The notes under the pieces: generated by a model | Databases searched by the model: none | The model's input: only the letters and a program-made list of their open reading frames with translations | Told to the model about the DNA's origin: nothing | Part shown: piece by piece, positions 1 through 12,720 of the stretch | Numbering within the stretch: the stretch's first letter is position 1 | Layout of the letters: each line of letters opens with the position of its first letter | Position numbers and translations under genes: made by a program | NCBI RefSeq assembly: GCF_004010195.1 | Contig: NC_057720.1 | Coordinates: 20,101,680 to 20,165,679, forward strand | Length of the DNA stretch: 64,000 bases | Source: Chiloscyllium plagiosum | Lineage: Eukaryota | Reading direction: 5' to 3'

Positions 1-1190
1 AGGAAAAAGCCACTCACTGTCCACCCTATCTAACCCTCTGATTATCTGATATGTCTCTATTAAGTCACCTCTCAACCTTCTCTTTAATGAAAACATTCTC
101 AAGTCCCTCAGCCTTTCTTCATAAGACCTTTCCTCCATACCAGGTAACATCCTAGTAAATCTTCTCTCTACTCTTTCCAAAGCTTCCACATCCTTCCTAT
201 AATGCGGTGACCAGAACTGTATGCAATATTCCCAAGTGCAGCTGTAACAGAGGTTTTGTACAGCTGCAACATGACCCTTTAATCCTGTTGCACCTTCCAA
301 AGTGAATCACCTTATACTTGTCTGCATTAAACTCCATTTGACACCTCTCAGCCCAGCTATGCAGCTTCTCTATGTCCCTCTGTAACCTGCAACATCCTTC
401 AGCACTATCCACAATGCTACCGACCTTAATATCATCCGCGAATTTACTACCCCATCCTTCTATGCCCTCATCCATGTCTTTTATAAAAAAGACAAACAGC
501 AGTGTCCCCAAAACAGATTCTTGTGGTACACCACTAGTAAATGAACTCTAGGATGAACATCTCCCATTAACCACCACCCTCTGTCTTCTCTCAGCTAGCC
601 AATTTCTAATCCAAGCCGTTAAATCACCCTCAATCCCATGCCTCTGTATTTTGTGCTGGAAATGTGTTGCTGGAAAAGCGCAGCAGGTCAGGCAGCATCC
701 AGGGAACAGGAGAATCGACGTTTTGGTCATAAGCCCTTCTTCAGGAATCATGCCCGAAACGTCGATTCTCCTGTTCCCTGGATGCTGCCTGACCTGCTGC
801 GCTTTTCCAGCAACACATTTCCAGCTCTGATCTCCAGCATCTGCAGACCTCACTTTCTCCTCTGTATTTTGTGCAACAGCCTACTGTGGAGAATCTTATC
901 AAACGTCTTACTGAAATCCATATACACTACATTAACCGCTTTACCCTCATCCACCTGTTTAGTCACCTTCTCAAAGAACTCAATAAGTTTTGTGAGGCAC
1001 AACCTACCCTTCACAAAACCGTGTTGACTATCCCTAATCAACTTATTCCTTTCTAGGTGATTATAAATTCTATCTCTTATAACCCTTTCCAACACTACCC
1101 ACAACCAATGTAAGGCTATAATAACTGGGGTTGTCTCTACTCCCCTTGAACAAGGGGACAACATTTGCTATCCTCCAGTATTCTAGCACT
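1..1190 (-). mobile_element. CR1-type LINE fragment (RT), interrupted by a PLE hairpin
   Basis: Minus ORFs contain SQHGFVKGR, VYMDFSKTFD and SKFADD; frameshifted. Confidence 0.9.
657..858. mobile_element. Penelope-like solo inverted terminal repeat (hairpin) insertion
   Basis: Inverted arms; flanked by the direct repeat cctctgtattttgtgc (641-656 / 859-874). Confidence 0.8.
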
Positions 1191-1233
1191 AAAAATTTTC
1201 ATATCCTCTCTGATGACGAAATTTATGTTGTTC

Positions 1234-3590
1234 TAGAGTCATAGAGTCATGCAGCACGGAAACAGACCATTTGGCCCAAATCGTCCATGCTGACCAGATT
1301 TCTCAAACTGAACATTTGCCTGTATTTGGACAATATCCCTCTAAACCTTTCCCTGTACCTGCCCAAATGTCTTTTAAATGTTGTAATTGTACCCACCTCT
1401 ACCATTTCCTCTGGTAGATCATTCAATATATGCACTAACCTCTGTGTGGTAAAAGTTGTGCTCCGGTCTCTTTTAAATCTTTCCCCTCTCACCTTAAACC
1501 AATGACTTGTAGCTTTGGACTCACCTACCCTGGGGAAAAAGAACTTGGCTATTCACCTCATCTATGCCCCTCAATCAAGTTTGTGAGACATGATTTCCAA
1601 GCACAGGACAATGCTGACTATCTCTACTTAATCCTTGCCTTTCTAAATGCATGCAGATCCTATGTCTCAGAAACCCCTCCAACACGTTGCCCACTGTTGA
1701 CATTAGGTTAACTGGTCTGTCATTATCTGGCTTTTCTTCTCAGACTCTCTTAAATAATGGCACGACTTTAATCACCCTCCAGTCTTCCACATCTTACCCG
1801 TGGCTGTCGCTGATACAAATATCTCTGCAAGGAATCTCGCAATTTCTTCCCTAACTTCTCACAATGTCCTTGGATACACTTGATCAAGTCCCAGGGATTT
1901 ATCTACCTTTATGCATTTTAATGCCTTCAGCATCACCTCTTCTGTATTGTGTACTCTTTTCAAGACATTACTGTTTGTTTCCTTGAGTTCCCTAGCTTCC
2001 TAGTCTTTCTCCACAGTAAGTACTGACGTAAAATATTCATTTTAAGATCTTACCCATCTCCTATGGTTCCACACATAAATGCTGAAAATGTGTTGCTGGA
2101 AAAGCGCAGCAGGTCGGGCAGCATCCAAGGAACAGGAGAATCAACGTTTTGGGCATAAGCCCTTCTTCAGGAAGCCATTCTTCAGCCATTCCTGAAGAAG
2201 GGCTTATGCCCGAAACGTTGATTCTCCTGTTCCTTCGATGCTGCCTGACCTGCTGCGCTTTTCCAGCAACACATTTTCAGCTCTGATCTCCAGCATCTGC
2301 AGTCCTCACTTTCTCCTCCACACATAAATGGTCTTGTTAAACTTTAAGGGTCCCTATTCTCTCCCTAGTTACTCTTTTGCCCTTAATATACTTGAAGAAT
2401 CTCTATGGACTCTCCTTCACCCTCTTTGCCAAAGCTATTTCATACCTTTTTTGCCTTGCTGATTTCTGTCATACACCCCTGTACGCCTCTAGGGATTCAC
2501 TTGTTTCCAGATGTGTATACCTTTCATATGCCTCCTTCTTTTACTTGACCAGTATATCTCTCGTCTTCGGTATTCCCTACTTCTGCCAGCCTTGTCCTTC
2601 ACGCAAGCAAGTACATGCTGTCCCCAAACACTCGTTATCTCGCTTTTGAAAGCCTCCCACTTGCCAGATGTCCCTTTACTTGCAAACAACCTCCCCCAAT
2701 CAACTTTTGAAAATTCCTGTCTAATGCCATCAAAATTGGCCTTGCCCCAATTTGATGCTTTAACTTGTGGATCAGGCCTTTCCTTTTCCATAACTATTTT
2801 AAAAGTAAAAGGATTATGGTCCCAAAGTGCACCCCCATTAACACCAGAGTTACTTGCCCTGCCTTATTTCCCAAGAGGAGGTCGAGTTTTGCCCTTTCTC
2901 TAGTAGGGTCACCTGTATAAAGATTGAGAGTTTTCTTGAAGACACCTGACAAATTCTTCCCCATCCAAGCCCTTAGCACTATTGCAGTCCCAGTCTATGT
3001 TTTGATAGTTAAAATCCCCTATTCTTACAACTCTTATTCTTACATCTGTGATCTTCTTACATTTTGCTCCTCAATTTCCTGCTGATTATCGGGGACGGCC
3101 TATAATGTAATCTCATCAGAGTGATCACACGTTTCTCGTTTCTATCCATATAGCTTCACTGGATGATCCCACAGGAGTATAGTCTCTAAGATCTGCTGTG
3201 ATGTTTCCCCAATCAAAAATGCCATTTCCCCTCTCCGCTGTTGCCTCCCCTTCCATCCTTCCTGTAGCATCGATTCCCCAGAGCTATTGAGCTGCCAGTC
3301 CTGTTTCTCCCTCATCCATGTTTCTGTAAGAGCTATGACATCCCAGCCCAATGTTCCCATCCATGCCCTGAATTAATTCTGCCTTACTTGTCAGGCCTCT
3401 TGCATTGAAGTAAATGCTTTTTAATTCCTCAGAATTCTCTCTTTCCCTGTTGTGTTCTTGCCTTCCTTGTCTGTTTAATTTGCTTATTTTAACTTCCGTA
3501 CCAGCCTAGACCTCTCACGCCTCACTACTGCTTAGAGTCCCATGCCTCTGCCAGATTAGTTTAAGCCCTCCCAAGTAGCTCCAGCAAATC
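1234..3590 (-). mobile_element. CR1-type LINE, internally deleted (3' UTR, RT part, AP endonuclease)
   Basis: WDVIALTETW and LDLLLGN endonuclease motifs, plus a CR1 3' end at about 1234; ends approximate. Confidence 0.88.
2082..2316. mobile_element. Penelope-like solo hairpin insertion
   Basis: Inverted arms; TSD tccacacataaatg (2068-2081 / 2317-2330); contains CTGAAGA..GGGC TTAT GCCC..GAAAC. Confidence 0.8.
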
Positions 3591-4133
3591 CAGAGATTGA
3601 AATTGAAATCTTTCTGGTCTGTTTAGTGCAATGTAGCACTGAAATGCATTAACCTACCAAACCTTAAAGAAGTATTGATCAAATTCTATGAAAATGTCTT
3701 GGTTTATAACAAACATATGTGTATGTATAGAACAGTATTCAAATTTTAGTACAATTCTGTTCCAAAGTTGGGATGCAGCCAAAATGAATTTCCAGTTCTC
3801 TTTGGTTTCTTCCAATATTCAATGTCTTTCTGTAGCCATGTGGGATGATAGGAGAATGTTCTGTGAGCTATTTGCCATTGGAATTCCTAATTTAGTTGTT
3901 ACACTGTGTTTATTTCAGTTTACTTTTTTATACGCCCTCTCATGTCACATTAAACTTGGTATCCACTTAATTTCATGGTGAGGAATCAAAGAAAAAACTG
4001 TCCCCTATGGTACCAATGTACAATGGCATCCATGTGCAAGCTGTCATGGTCAACCAAAGATGTGAACCTTTATGACTATGGGAAGGGAATATATCAAGTC
4101 AATATTTTACATCCATTTTTTTCTTCATTCTAG

Positions 4134-4222
4134 TCTGCATACCTGATTCTCATTGCAGTAATGCTTGTTGCACGAACCTACTGTGATGTCTGGATGATTC
4201 AAAATGGAACCATGATTGAAAG
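4134..4222 (+). CDS. ABCD3: ABCD3 exon 4 (89 nt)
   Basis: ttctag|TCT...GAA AG|gtatgt; SAYLILIAVMLVARTYCDVWMIQNGTMIE(S). Confidence 0.95.
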
Positions 4223-4404
4223 GTATGTTTGCAGATCCCTGTTTGTTTATAACATATCTGTCTGCATGAAGAAATGGGAACAGCTGGTTTGAAATGCTAT
4301 TTCTCAGAATAAATCTCACAACATCGTGGGCTGAAGGGCCTGTTCTGTGCTGTACTGTTCTATGTTCTATTTTTGACCCAAACCGACCAACTCCCAATTG
4401 GAGT

Positions 4405-4750
4405 TAGAATTAGAATCCCTGCAGTGTGAAAACAGGCCCTTTGGCCCAACAAGTCCACACAGACCTTCTGAAGAGTAACCCATCCAGACCCATTCCCTGA
4501 TCCTATATTTGCCCCTAACTAATGCACCTAACCCACACGTCCCAAGACACTATGGGCAATTTAAGCATGGCCAATTCACTTAGCCTGCACATCTTTGGAT
4601 TGTTGGAAGAAACCGGAGCATTGGGGGGAAACCCACGCAAACACTGGGAGAATGTGCAAACTCCACATAGTCGCCCGAGGCTGGAATCGACCCCAGGTCC
4701 CTGGCGCTGTAAGGCAGCAGTGCTAACCACTGAGCCACCGTGCTGTCCCA
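4405..4750 (-). mobile_element. tRNA-derived V-SINE (HE1-like)
   Basis: Reverse complement of the SINE at 51167: tRNA-like head, core tgtgtggagtttgcacattctccc, CR1-like tail. Confidence 0.85.
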
Positions 4751-5444
4751 CGGTGATAAGATTGGATAATTTCTGAGAGGCATGTTATGATGCTTTATAC
4801 CACTGAAAAGTAATTTTCACCTAACTTAGACTGGAAAGCTCCTTACTGGAAAGTTTTCTGAATCAGTTCATTTGAATATTCGTTACCCTGGTAGTTGATG
4901 CACCTTTTAAAGCATGTGTACGCTGCTAGAATCCATTGGAATTAGAATGCAGCTTCTATGAAGGCTGGATAACCAAGCTATTTTTGGGGGGGTGTGCTTG
5001 CTGAGGTGGAGGGGGTAGCTGAGGGGGTGGTGTTGGGTGGTTTAAACATTGTCATCTTGGAACCATCTGTTGACACAGGTGATGCGTATGTGGAGCGAAC
5101 TGCTAGAGGAAGTGGTAGCGATGAGTACAATTACAATATTTAAAAGATATTTGTTCAGTTATGAGTAGGGAAGGTTTAGAGGGATGTGGTCCTAATGCAA
5201 GCAAATGGAACTAGTTCTGATAAGGAAACCTGGTTGATATGGATGAGTTTGTTCCCATGCAGTATGACACTATAAATCTGGGAAGTCTGAGTTTTAGAAA
5301 GTGGATATATAGTGACAGCTTTCCTGATATTGTTCGGTGGGATCCCTTATTTTGTTACGCATGATCCCTAATTGAGTGAATGGTTGTTTTTTTCTGTTCA
5401 GATTCCTTGGAAGGGTGTTCGATGAGAGTTTGAATGTAACAAAT

Positions 5445-5698
5445 TAGATTAGTTTAGATTACTTACAGTGTGGAAACAGGCCCTTCAGCCCAACAAGTCC
5501 ACACCGACCCGCCGAAGCGCAACCAACCCAGACCCATTCCCCTGCACCTAACACTACGAGCAATTTAGCATGGCCAATTCACCTAATCTGCACGTTTTTG
5601 GAATGTGGGAGGAAACTGACGCAGACATGGGGAGAATGTGCAAACTCCACACAGTCACTCACCTGAGGCAGGAAATGAACCCGGGTCTCTGGCGCTGT
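5445..5698 (-). mobile_element. V-SINE (HE1-like), truncated
   Basis: Same family; (ttaga)-type tail at about 5445. Confidence 0.85.
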
Positions 5699-5858
5699 TG
5701 CCATAGCTGAAAGAGAAATACAGGCAGACGAGTGAGCTTGAGGACCCTCCTGCATTTCATTGAAAGGAATTTTCTAAAACATATTTGGAAAAATATTGTA
5801 TGTGTATTTTGAACAAATTGAGACCTAATTTTTGTCCTTTGCATGTCATGATTTACAG

Positions 5859-5928
5859 TGCAATTATTGGTCGGAGCACCAAAGATTTCAAGAAATACTT
5901 ATTCAACTTCGTTGCTGCAATGCCAGCT
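5859..5928 (+). CDS. ABCD3: ABCD3 exon 5 (70 nt)
   Basis: ttacag|T GCA...GCT|gtaagt; AIIGRSTKDFKKYLFNFVAAMPA. Confidence 0.95.
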
Positions 5929-6240
5929 GTAAGTTTCGTTTTCTGTTGCTTGTTATATCAGCAGTTTTAGATAGCTAACTTTTGACTTACAGTCAAATGT
6001 GACTGCAGGTCCTTCTGTATCTACATTATCCATTTACTTTGTAAACTTCTTTGGCTACTTTATCTGTGACCATTCTTATGCTATAAGGTCGGAAGAGGGG
6101 ATGTTCTCTGATTGCCACCAGTCATGATTCCTCAGATACTGAGGATAGCAATCAGGCTGAATCTGATAAGTGACAAATAACATTTGAGTCACATGAGTGC
6201 CAGACAATGACCATGTCCAACAAAAAGGAATGTAACCATC

Positions 6241-7000
6241 AAATTTAATCGAGATAAATGTGAGATGCTACAATTTGGTTGGGAAAATCAGGGCAGGACT
6301 TATGCACTTAATGGTACAGTCCTGGTGAGTGTTGCCAAACAAAGGGATCTTTAGAGTGCAGGTTCATAGTTCCTTGATAATGGAGTTACAGGTAGTGAAG
6401 ATATTGGTCAGTGCATTGAGTAAATGAGTTGGGTAATCATGTTGCAGCAGTACAAGACATTGGTTAGGCAACTTTTGAAATATTGCGTGAACTCCTGGTC
6501 TCTTTGCTGTAGAAAGGATGTTGTTAAATTGGAAAGCATTCAGAAAAGACTTATAAGAATGTTGCGAGGGTTGGAGGGTTTGAGCTGGAAGAGGTTGGAT
6601 AGGCTAGAGCTATTTTCGCTGGAACATAGGAGGCTGAGATGTGACCTTAAAGAAGTTTATAAAATCATGAAGAGCTTGGATGGGGTAAAATGTCAAGGTC
6701 TTTTCACTAGGTTAGGGGAGTAGAAAACAAGAGGCCATAGGTTCAAGGTGAAAGGGGAAAAATTTAAAAGGGACCTAAGTGGCAAACGTTTCATGCAGAG
6801 GGTGGTTCATGTATGGAATGAGCTGCCAGAGGATGTTTTGGCGGCCAGTAGAATTACAACATTTAGAAGGCACCGGGATGGATATATGAGTAGAAAGGGT
6901 TTGGAGAGATATGGGTCAAATGCTGGCAAACAGGACTAAATTAATTTAGGAAATCTGGTCGGCATAGACAGGTCTGTTTCCGTTTTGAACATCTCTATGA
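6241..7000 (+). mobile_element. CR1 LINE 3' fragment nested in an older LINE remnant
   Basis: ORFs LYKTLVR..., RLRCDLKEVYKIM and VWNELP; CR1 3' UTR. Confidence 0.88.
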
Positions 7001-7503
7001 TTTATAACGCTTAACTTTCAGTGGCACTACCGTTGCTGAATTCCACACTGTCAATGTCCTGTGGATCACTCATATAAATACTGTGGCAACACTCACCAGG
7101 ACCATACCATTGAGTGCATAAGTCCTGCCCTGATTTTCCCAACCAAAATGTAGCACCTCACATTTATCTCGGTGAACAGGTCAGAGGCTAGGAATTCTGC
7201 AGTGAGTAACCCACCTGTCTGCGCAGTGTCTGCCCACACTAAGTTGTGCTACAGGAGTGTGATGGAATACTCTACTTGTGCCTGAATAAGTGTAGGTCCA
7301 ACAGCACTCAAGGAGCTTGACACCAATTAGGGCAGAGCAGCCCATGAGATTAGCACCCCATTCACCAGTTCCAACATGAACTCCCCTCACCACCAGTGCA
7401 CAGTGGCAGTAGTGTGTACCATTCACATGGTGCACTGCAGGAACTCACCAAGGTTTCTTAAGTAACCTCTTTCAAACCTGTGACCTCAATATGTAAGGTC
7501 AAG

Positions 7504-7719
7504 ATGTGGAGGTGCCAGTGTTGGATTGGTGGACAAGGTCAGAGGTCACACAACGCCAGGTTATAATCCAGCAGGTTTATTTGAAATCACAAGTTTTCAA
7601 AGTGCTGCCCTTTTGTCAGGTAAAGCCACTTCACCTGATGAAGGAGCAGCTTTCGGGAAGCTTGTGATTTCAAATAAACCTATTGGACTGTTAACCTGGT
7701 GCCGTGTGACTTCTAACTC
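7504..7719. mobile_element. Penelope-like solo hairpin (second family)
   Basis: Inverted arms; TSD taaggtcaag (7494-7503 / 7720-7729); same family as the termini of 18078-21162. Confidence 0.75.
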
Positions 7720-8329
7720 TAAGGTCAAGGGCATCAGATTGGAGCACCACATTCCCCTCTGAACCTCACACCATTCTGACTTGAAACTATACCGCTGATA
7801 CTTGGCAGTGATGGAGTTGTGTTTGGGTTGCTGGTGGCGTCTGCACTGGTGAGGGTGTTGGTGAAGGTGAGATGGCGCTGAAGAATGGTGACTTTCGTTC
7901 CAGTGGCAGCACTGCAAAGGGGACTGCTGCCTGGTCACCAGGTCCATAGTGGAGCACTTAACAAGAAGAACTATAAAGTTGAACACTTTTCCGTTATTTC
8001 TTAATTTTTCAGTCTTTATATTCAATGTTTTGATCTATTTCTATGTTTTAAGATGACAGCAGAGATTGGCAACACTATACACCACTTTTTACTGTATTTT
8101 GTAACAAAACGCATGTGATAATAAATAATGCAAATAAATCAAAAATAAGGATGGTCATTAAATATTGGCCTAGCTATTGATACCCACAATCCTGTGAATG
8201 AATAAAACAAAATCATAATTAAGATTAGATGATTGTGTTTGTCAGGGTACGCTTGTTAATCAAAATTAGAAGTTGTACTTCCTAAATTTAGTTTTTAGTG
8301 ATGCTAATTTGTAACTTGTATTACTTCAG

Positions 8330-8427
8330 ATATCTCTGGTAAATAATTTTCTGAAGTTTGGTTTGAATCAACTAAAACTTCGATTCAGAGTACGACTCAC
8401 CACCTACCTGTATGGGGAGTATTTAAA
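8330..8427 (+). CDS. ABCD3: ABCD3 exon 6 (98 nt)
   Basis: cttcag|ATA...TTA AA|gtaagt; ISLVNNFLKFGLNQLKLRFRVRLTTYLYGEYL(K). Confidence 0.95.
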
Positions 8428-10000
8428 GTAAGTCAATAGCTTTTGGAACAATATAGTAAAGTAAATTTATATAGTTATTCTAAAATAAAACTGTCTTGTC
8501 TGTGTATTTTTAATGATTTAGAAATAAAAGTCAAATAATTATAGGCCTTGAGTTTGAATTAATATTATAATTTTAATCTTTGGCCATTATCAAACAAAAA
8601 TATAATTTAAACGTAATGATGAACAAAAGAGACTGCACATATAGCCAGCTATGCTGTTTTAAAATACCTTCCAGAGATTGATTTTAAACTGCAGTGATTT
8701 TTCAAATAAGTTGGGAATGGGGTAGGGGACAGGGCAGCATTCGCAAAAAATGACTCTCAAATCCTACTTCCAGAGTATGTTAACTCTCTCAGGTCTTATC
8801 TGCATGCTATCAGGTAGTTGCGTGAGGCTGAGGAGAAAGTAGCAGTTATTTGCTGGGTTCAAGAAACCGCAAGCAATAGCCAGTAACAACATAAGACTCA
8901 CTATGAAAAAGCATGTCATTAGACAGAAGATTTCTGCAGGGCCCAGGGAAAAGGGGAGCTCATTTTGTTTCGACTGCTCTCAGCAACTAACTGCTGAGTT
9001 GCCTGCTGGAATCAACCAGGGACGACTTGAATTGAGGCACATGATACAGTTTGAGGTGTTTGTTGGAAATTCCTGAGCAGGGAAGCCATGATAAAGGAAA
9101 TTATTGAACATAACTTGGAGGATCGCGTGCTTCCAGACCTGCTTCCTCAGACTTCAGTTAAAACATCGAGGGCTACCGTCGATGCACTGGGATCCAAAGT
9201 TGCTTTAATTCATGAGGCTCTTATTTGCTTCCATCAAGTGTCTCAGCAATCTAATTGCTGTAAGTAGTTAGAATGATGACCAGTGTGATTGCTTTGGTAT
9301 GGCATATTGCAGCATTTTTTTAGACATGTTCCTGCCAGGCAGGTATTATTAAAATCACATCCAAGGTTTTTTTTGTACTTAGTGTGATCCAGAGGAAGGT
9401 GAATTAAACATTTCAACATGCTACACATAGGTTGTATGTGCTTATCCCTTTAAGGGCAATATAATCTCTGCCCTGTATTGCTCCCCTTCCCTGCCCTCCT
9501 ATTTGAATAAACTACAGGTACAGTAAAAGCCTAGAGACATTGACATGTAATGTACTTTGTGGAAAATCACATACAAATAATTCTATTAGTTTTAAAATAG
9601 TGATGGAAAAGGAAAGACCAGATCTAAAAGTTGAAATTCTAAATTGAAGAGAGGCCAGTTTTGACAGTATTAGGCAAGAACTTTCAAAAGCTGATTGGGG
9701 GCAGTTGTTCACAGGTAAAGGGTCGGCTGGAAAATGGGAAGCCTTCAGAAATGAGATAACGAGAGTCCAGAGACAGTATATTCCTGTTAGGGTGAAAAGA
9801 AAGGCAGGTAGGTATAGGGAATGCTGGATGACTAAAGAAACTGAAGGTTTGGTTAAGTAAAAGAAGGAAGCTTATGTCAGGTGTAGACAGGATAGATCAA
9901 ATGAATCCTTAGAAGAGTATAAAGGCAGTAGGAGTATACTTAAGGGGGAATTCAGGAGGGCAAAAAGGGATATGAGATAGCTTTGGCAAATAGAGTTAAG

Positions 10001-10213
10001 TTGAAACTTTATTGCTGGAACAGCACAGCAGGTCAGGCAGCATCCAGGGAACAGGAGATTCGACGTTTCGGGCACAGGCCCTTCTTCAGGAAGAAGGGCC
10101 TGTGCCCGAAACGTCGAATCTCCTGTTCCCTGGATGCTGCCTGACCTGCTGTGCTGTTCCAGCAATAAAGTTTCAACTTTGATCTCCAGCATCTGCAGAC
10201 CTCACTTTCTCCT
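10001..10213. mobile_element. Penelope-like solo hairpin, perfect arms
   Basis: TSD caaatagagttaag (9987-10000 / 10214-10227); 90 bp perfect inverted arms. Confidence 0.85.
10059..10092 (-). ncRNA. Minimal hammerhead-ribozyme-like motif (PLE type)
   Basis: Minus strand reads ttc-CTGAAGA-a-GGGC ctgt GCCC-GAAAC-GTC-gaa. Confidence 0.5.
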
Positions 10214-11189
10214 CAAATAGAGTTAAGGAATAGTGCCCCTCAGATCAACAAGGCGGCCTTTGTGTGGAGCTGCAGGAGATGGGCGAGATAATAAACGAGT
10301 ATTTTGCATCCGTGTTTACTATGGAAAATGACAGGGAAGATATAGAATGTAGGGAAATAGATGGTGACATCTTGAAAAATGTCCATATTACAGAGGAGAA
10401 TGTCTTGAAATGCATGAAAGTGTATAAATCCCCTGACCTGATCAGGTGTACCCTAGAACTCTGTGGGAAGCTAGAGAAACGATTGCTGGGCCTCTTGATG
10501 AGATATTTATATCATCAATAGTCACAGGTGAGGTGCCAGAAGACTGGAGGCTGGCTAATGTGGTGCCACTATTTAATAAAGGTGATAAGGATAAGCCAGG
10601 GAACTATAGACTGATGAGCCTGATGTCGATGGTGGGCAAATTGTTGGAGGGAATCCTGTGGGACAGGATGTACATGTATTTGGAAAGGCAAGGACTAATT
10701 AGGGATAGTCAACATGGGTTGTGCATGGGAAATCATGTCTCACAAAATTGATTGAGTTTTTTGAAAAAGTAACAAAGAGGATTGATGAGAGCAAAGTGGT
10801 GGACGTGATCAATATAGACTTCAGTATGGCATTTGACATGGTTCCCCATGAGAGACTGGTTAGCAAGGTTAGATCTCATGGAATACAGGGAGAACTAGCC
10901 ACTTGGATACAGAACTGGCTGAAAGATGGAAGACAGAGGATGGTGGTGGAGGGTTGTTTTTCAGACTGGAGGCCTGTGACTACAGTGAGTGCCACAAGGA
11001 TCAGTGCTGGGTCCGCTACTTTTCGTCATTTATATAAATGTTTTGGATGTGAGCATAAGAGGTATAGTTAGTAAGTTTGCAGATGACAACAAAATTGGAG
11101 GTGTAGTGGACAGCAAAGAAGGTTACCTCCGATTGCAATGGGATCTTGATCAGATGAGCCAATGGGCTGAGAAGTGGCAAATGGAGTCT

Positions 11190-11373
11190 ACTTAGATTAC
11201 TTACAGTGTGGAAACAGGTCCTTCGGCCCAATAAATCCTCATTGACCCGCCGAAGCGCAACTCACCCATACATTTACCCCTTCACCTAACACTACAGGCA
11301 ATTTAGCATCGCCAATTCACCTGACCTGCACATCTTTGAACTGTGGGAGGAAACCGGAGCACCCGGAGGAAAC
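11190..11373 (-). mobile_element. V-SINE (HE1-like) 3' part inside a CR1
   Basis: SINE tail and core in reverse orientation. Confidence 0.8.
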
Positions 11374-12596
11374 CTGGAGTACAGGTTCATAGCTTCTTGA
11401 AAGTGGAATCGCAGGTAGATAGGATAGTGAAGAAGGTGTTCGGTATGCTTTCCTTTATTGGCCAGAGTATTGAGTAAAGGAGTTGGATGGTCATGTTGCG
11501 GCTGTACAGGACATTGGTTAGGCCACTGTTGGAATATTGCATGCAATTCTGGTCTCCTTCCAATTGGAAAGATGTTGTGAAACTTGAAAGGGTTCAGAAA
11601 AGATTTACAAGGATGTTGCCAGGGTTGGAGGATTAGAGCTATAGGGAGAGGTTGAATAGGCTGGGGCTGTTTTTCCTGGAGCGTCAGAATCTGAGGGGTG
11701 ACCTTATAGAGGTTTATAAAATCATAAGGGGCATGGATATGGTAAATAAACAAAGTCTTTTCTCTGTGGTGGGGGAGTCCAGAACGAGAGGGCATAGGTT
11801 TAGGTGAGAGGGGAAAAATATAAAAGGGACCTAAGGAGCAATGTTTACACACACAGGGTGGTGCGTGTGTGGAATGAGCTGCCAGAGAAAGTGGTGGAAG
11901 CCAGTACAATTGCAACATTTAAAGGCATCTGGATGAGTATACGAATAGGAAGGGTTTGGAGGGATATGTGTCGGGTGCTGGCAGGTGGGGTAGATTGGGT
12001 TGGGATATCTGGTCAGCATGGATGAGTTGGTATGTTTCCAAGCTGTACATCTCTATGACTCAAAGCATTTATCAAAGTTTGAATTTGCCATTGAAGTTGC
12101 GCTGGTTGCAGAAAGCGCAGCAAAGAACTCTAAACAGTTGTGATCTCTTTGATATTGCCAAATGAAAGATCCTGTCTATGCAGGGGCTATGCCAAAGCAA
12201 CATGGTCTTATTTTGGATTAAATGCTACTATTAAGACAAGTCACTGACTTAGTAACTACTGTCACTCTGTTTCCCAAAACTGCACATGAGAAAGAAGTGT
12301 GCTGGTGTCAGGCAGCAGCGAGATAAAGTATACTTTTAAATCGGTTGCCAAAAACTGCAGGGAGTAGGTTAACAATAGCTCAAGTATATCAATTGCTTAT
12401 TGCTGTCCTATGTTCTATTTATAAAACTTAACAATAGAATCAATGATAGAGGAGCCAAATGAGTCCAAAAGGCTGTTATGCAATAAATTCAATTAGGAAT
12501 TTTAATCAGCTACCAGAACCCACAGTATTAGTAGTTAACATTATGAATATTTTAAATTAATTTTTCACTGATGCAAAAATATTTTTGTTTTGATAG

Positions 12597-12720
12597 AGGC
12601 TATACATACTATAAAATGGGTAATCTTGACAATAGAATAGCAAATGCGGACCAACTATTAACTCAAGATGTGGAGAAGTTCTGCAACAGTGTGGTGGACT
12701 TGTATTCAAATCTCAGTAAG
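12597..12720 (+). CDS. ABCD3: ABCD3 exon 7 (124 nt)
   Basis: tgatag|A GGC...AAG|gtgagt; [41 protein letters not shown]. Confidence 0.96.

Larger units (their letters stand above)
9575..12060 (+). mobile_element. CR1 LINE (ORF2 RT to 3' end) with nested PLE hairpin and SINE
   Basis: PEDWRLANVVPLF, PQGSVLGPLLF, KFADD; 3' UTR ends about 12060. Confidence 0.92.

Noticed and set aside
7597..8025. 142 aa minus-strand His/Gln-rich ORF
   Set aside because: It crosses several unrelated repeat fragments and has no splice or domain support.
8111..8145. Sense AATAAA hexamers upstream of exon 6
   Set aside because: They sit in an A-rich retroelement-like tail (about 7803-8145), with no evidence of use as a poly(A) site.
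657..10213. Repeated palindromic units that resemble a CRISPR array or pre-miRNA genes
   Set aside because: They are dispersed, TSD-flanked and match PLE termini; there is no repeat-spacer periodicity and the DNA is eukaryotic.
12640..12660. NADQ where I recall NPDQ in human ABCD3
   Set aside because: A single substitution; I cannot show it is unusual among non-mammalian orthologs without an alignment.
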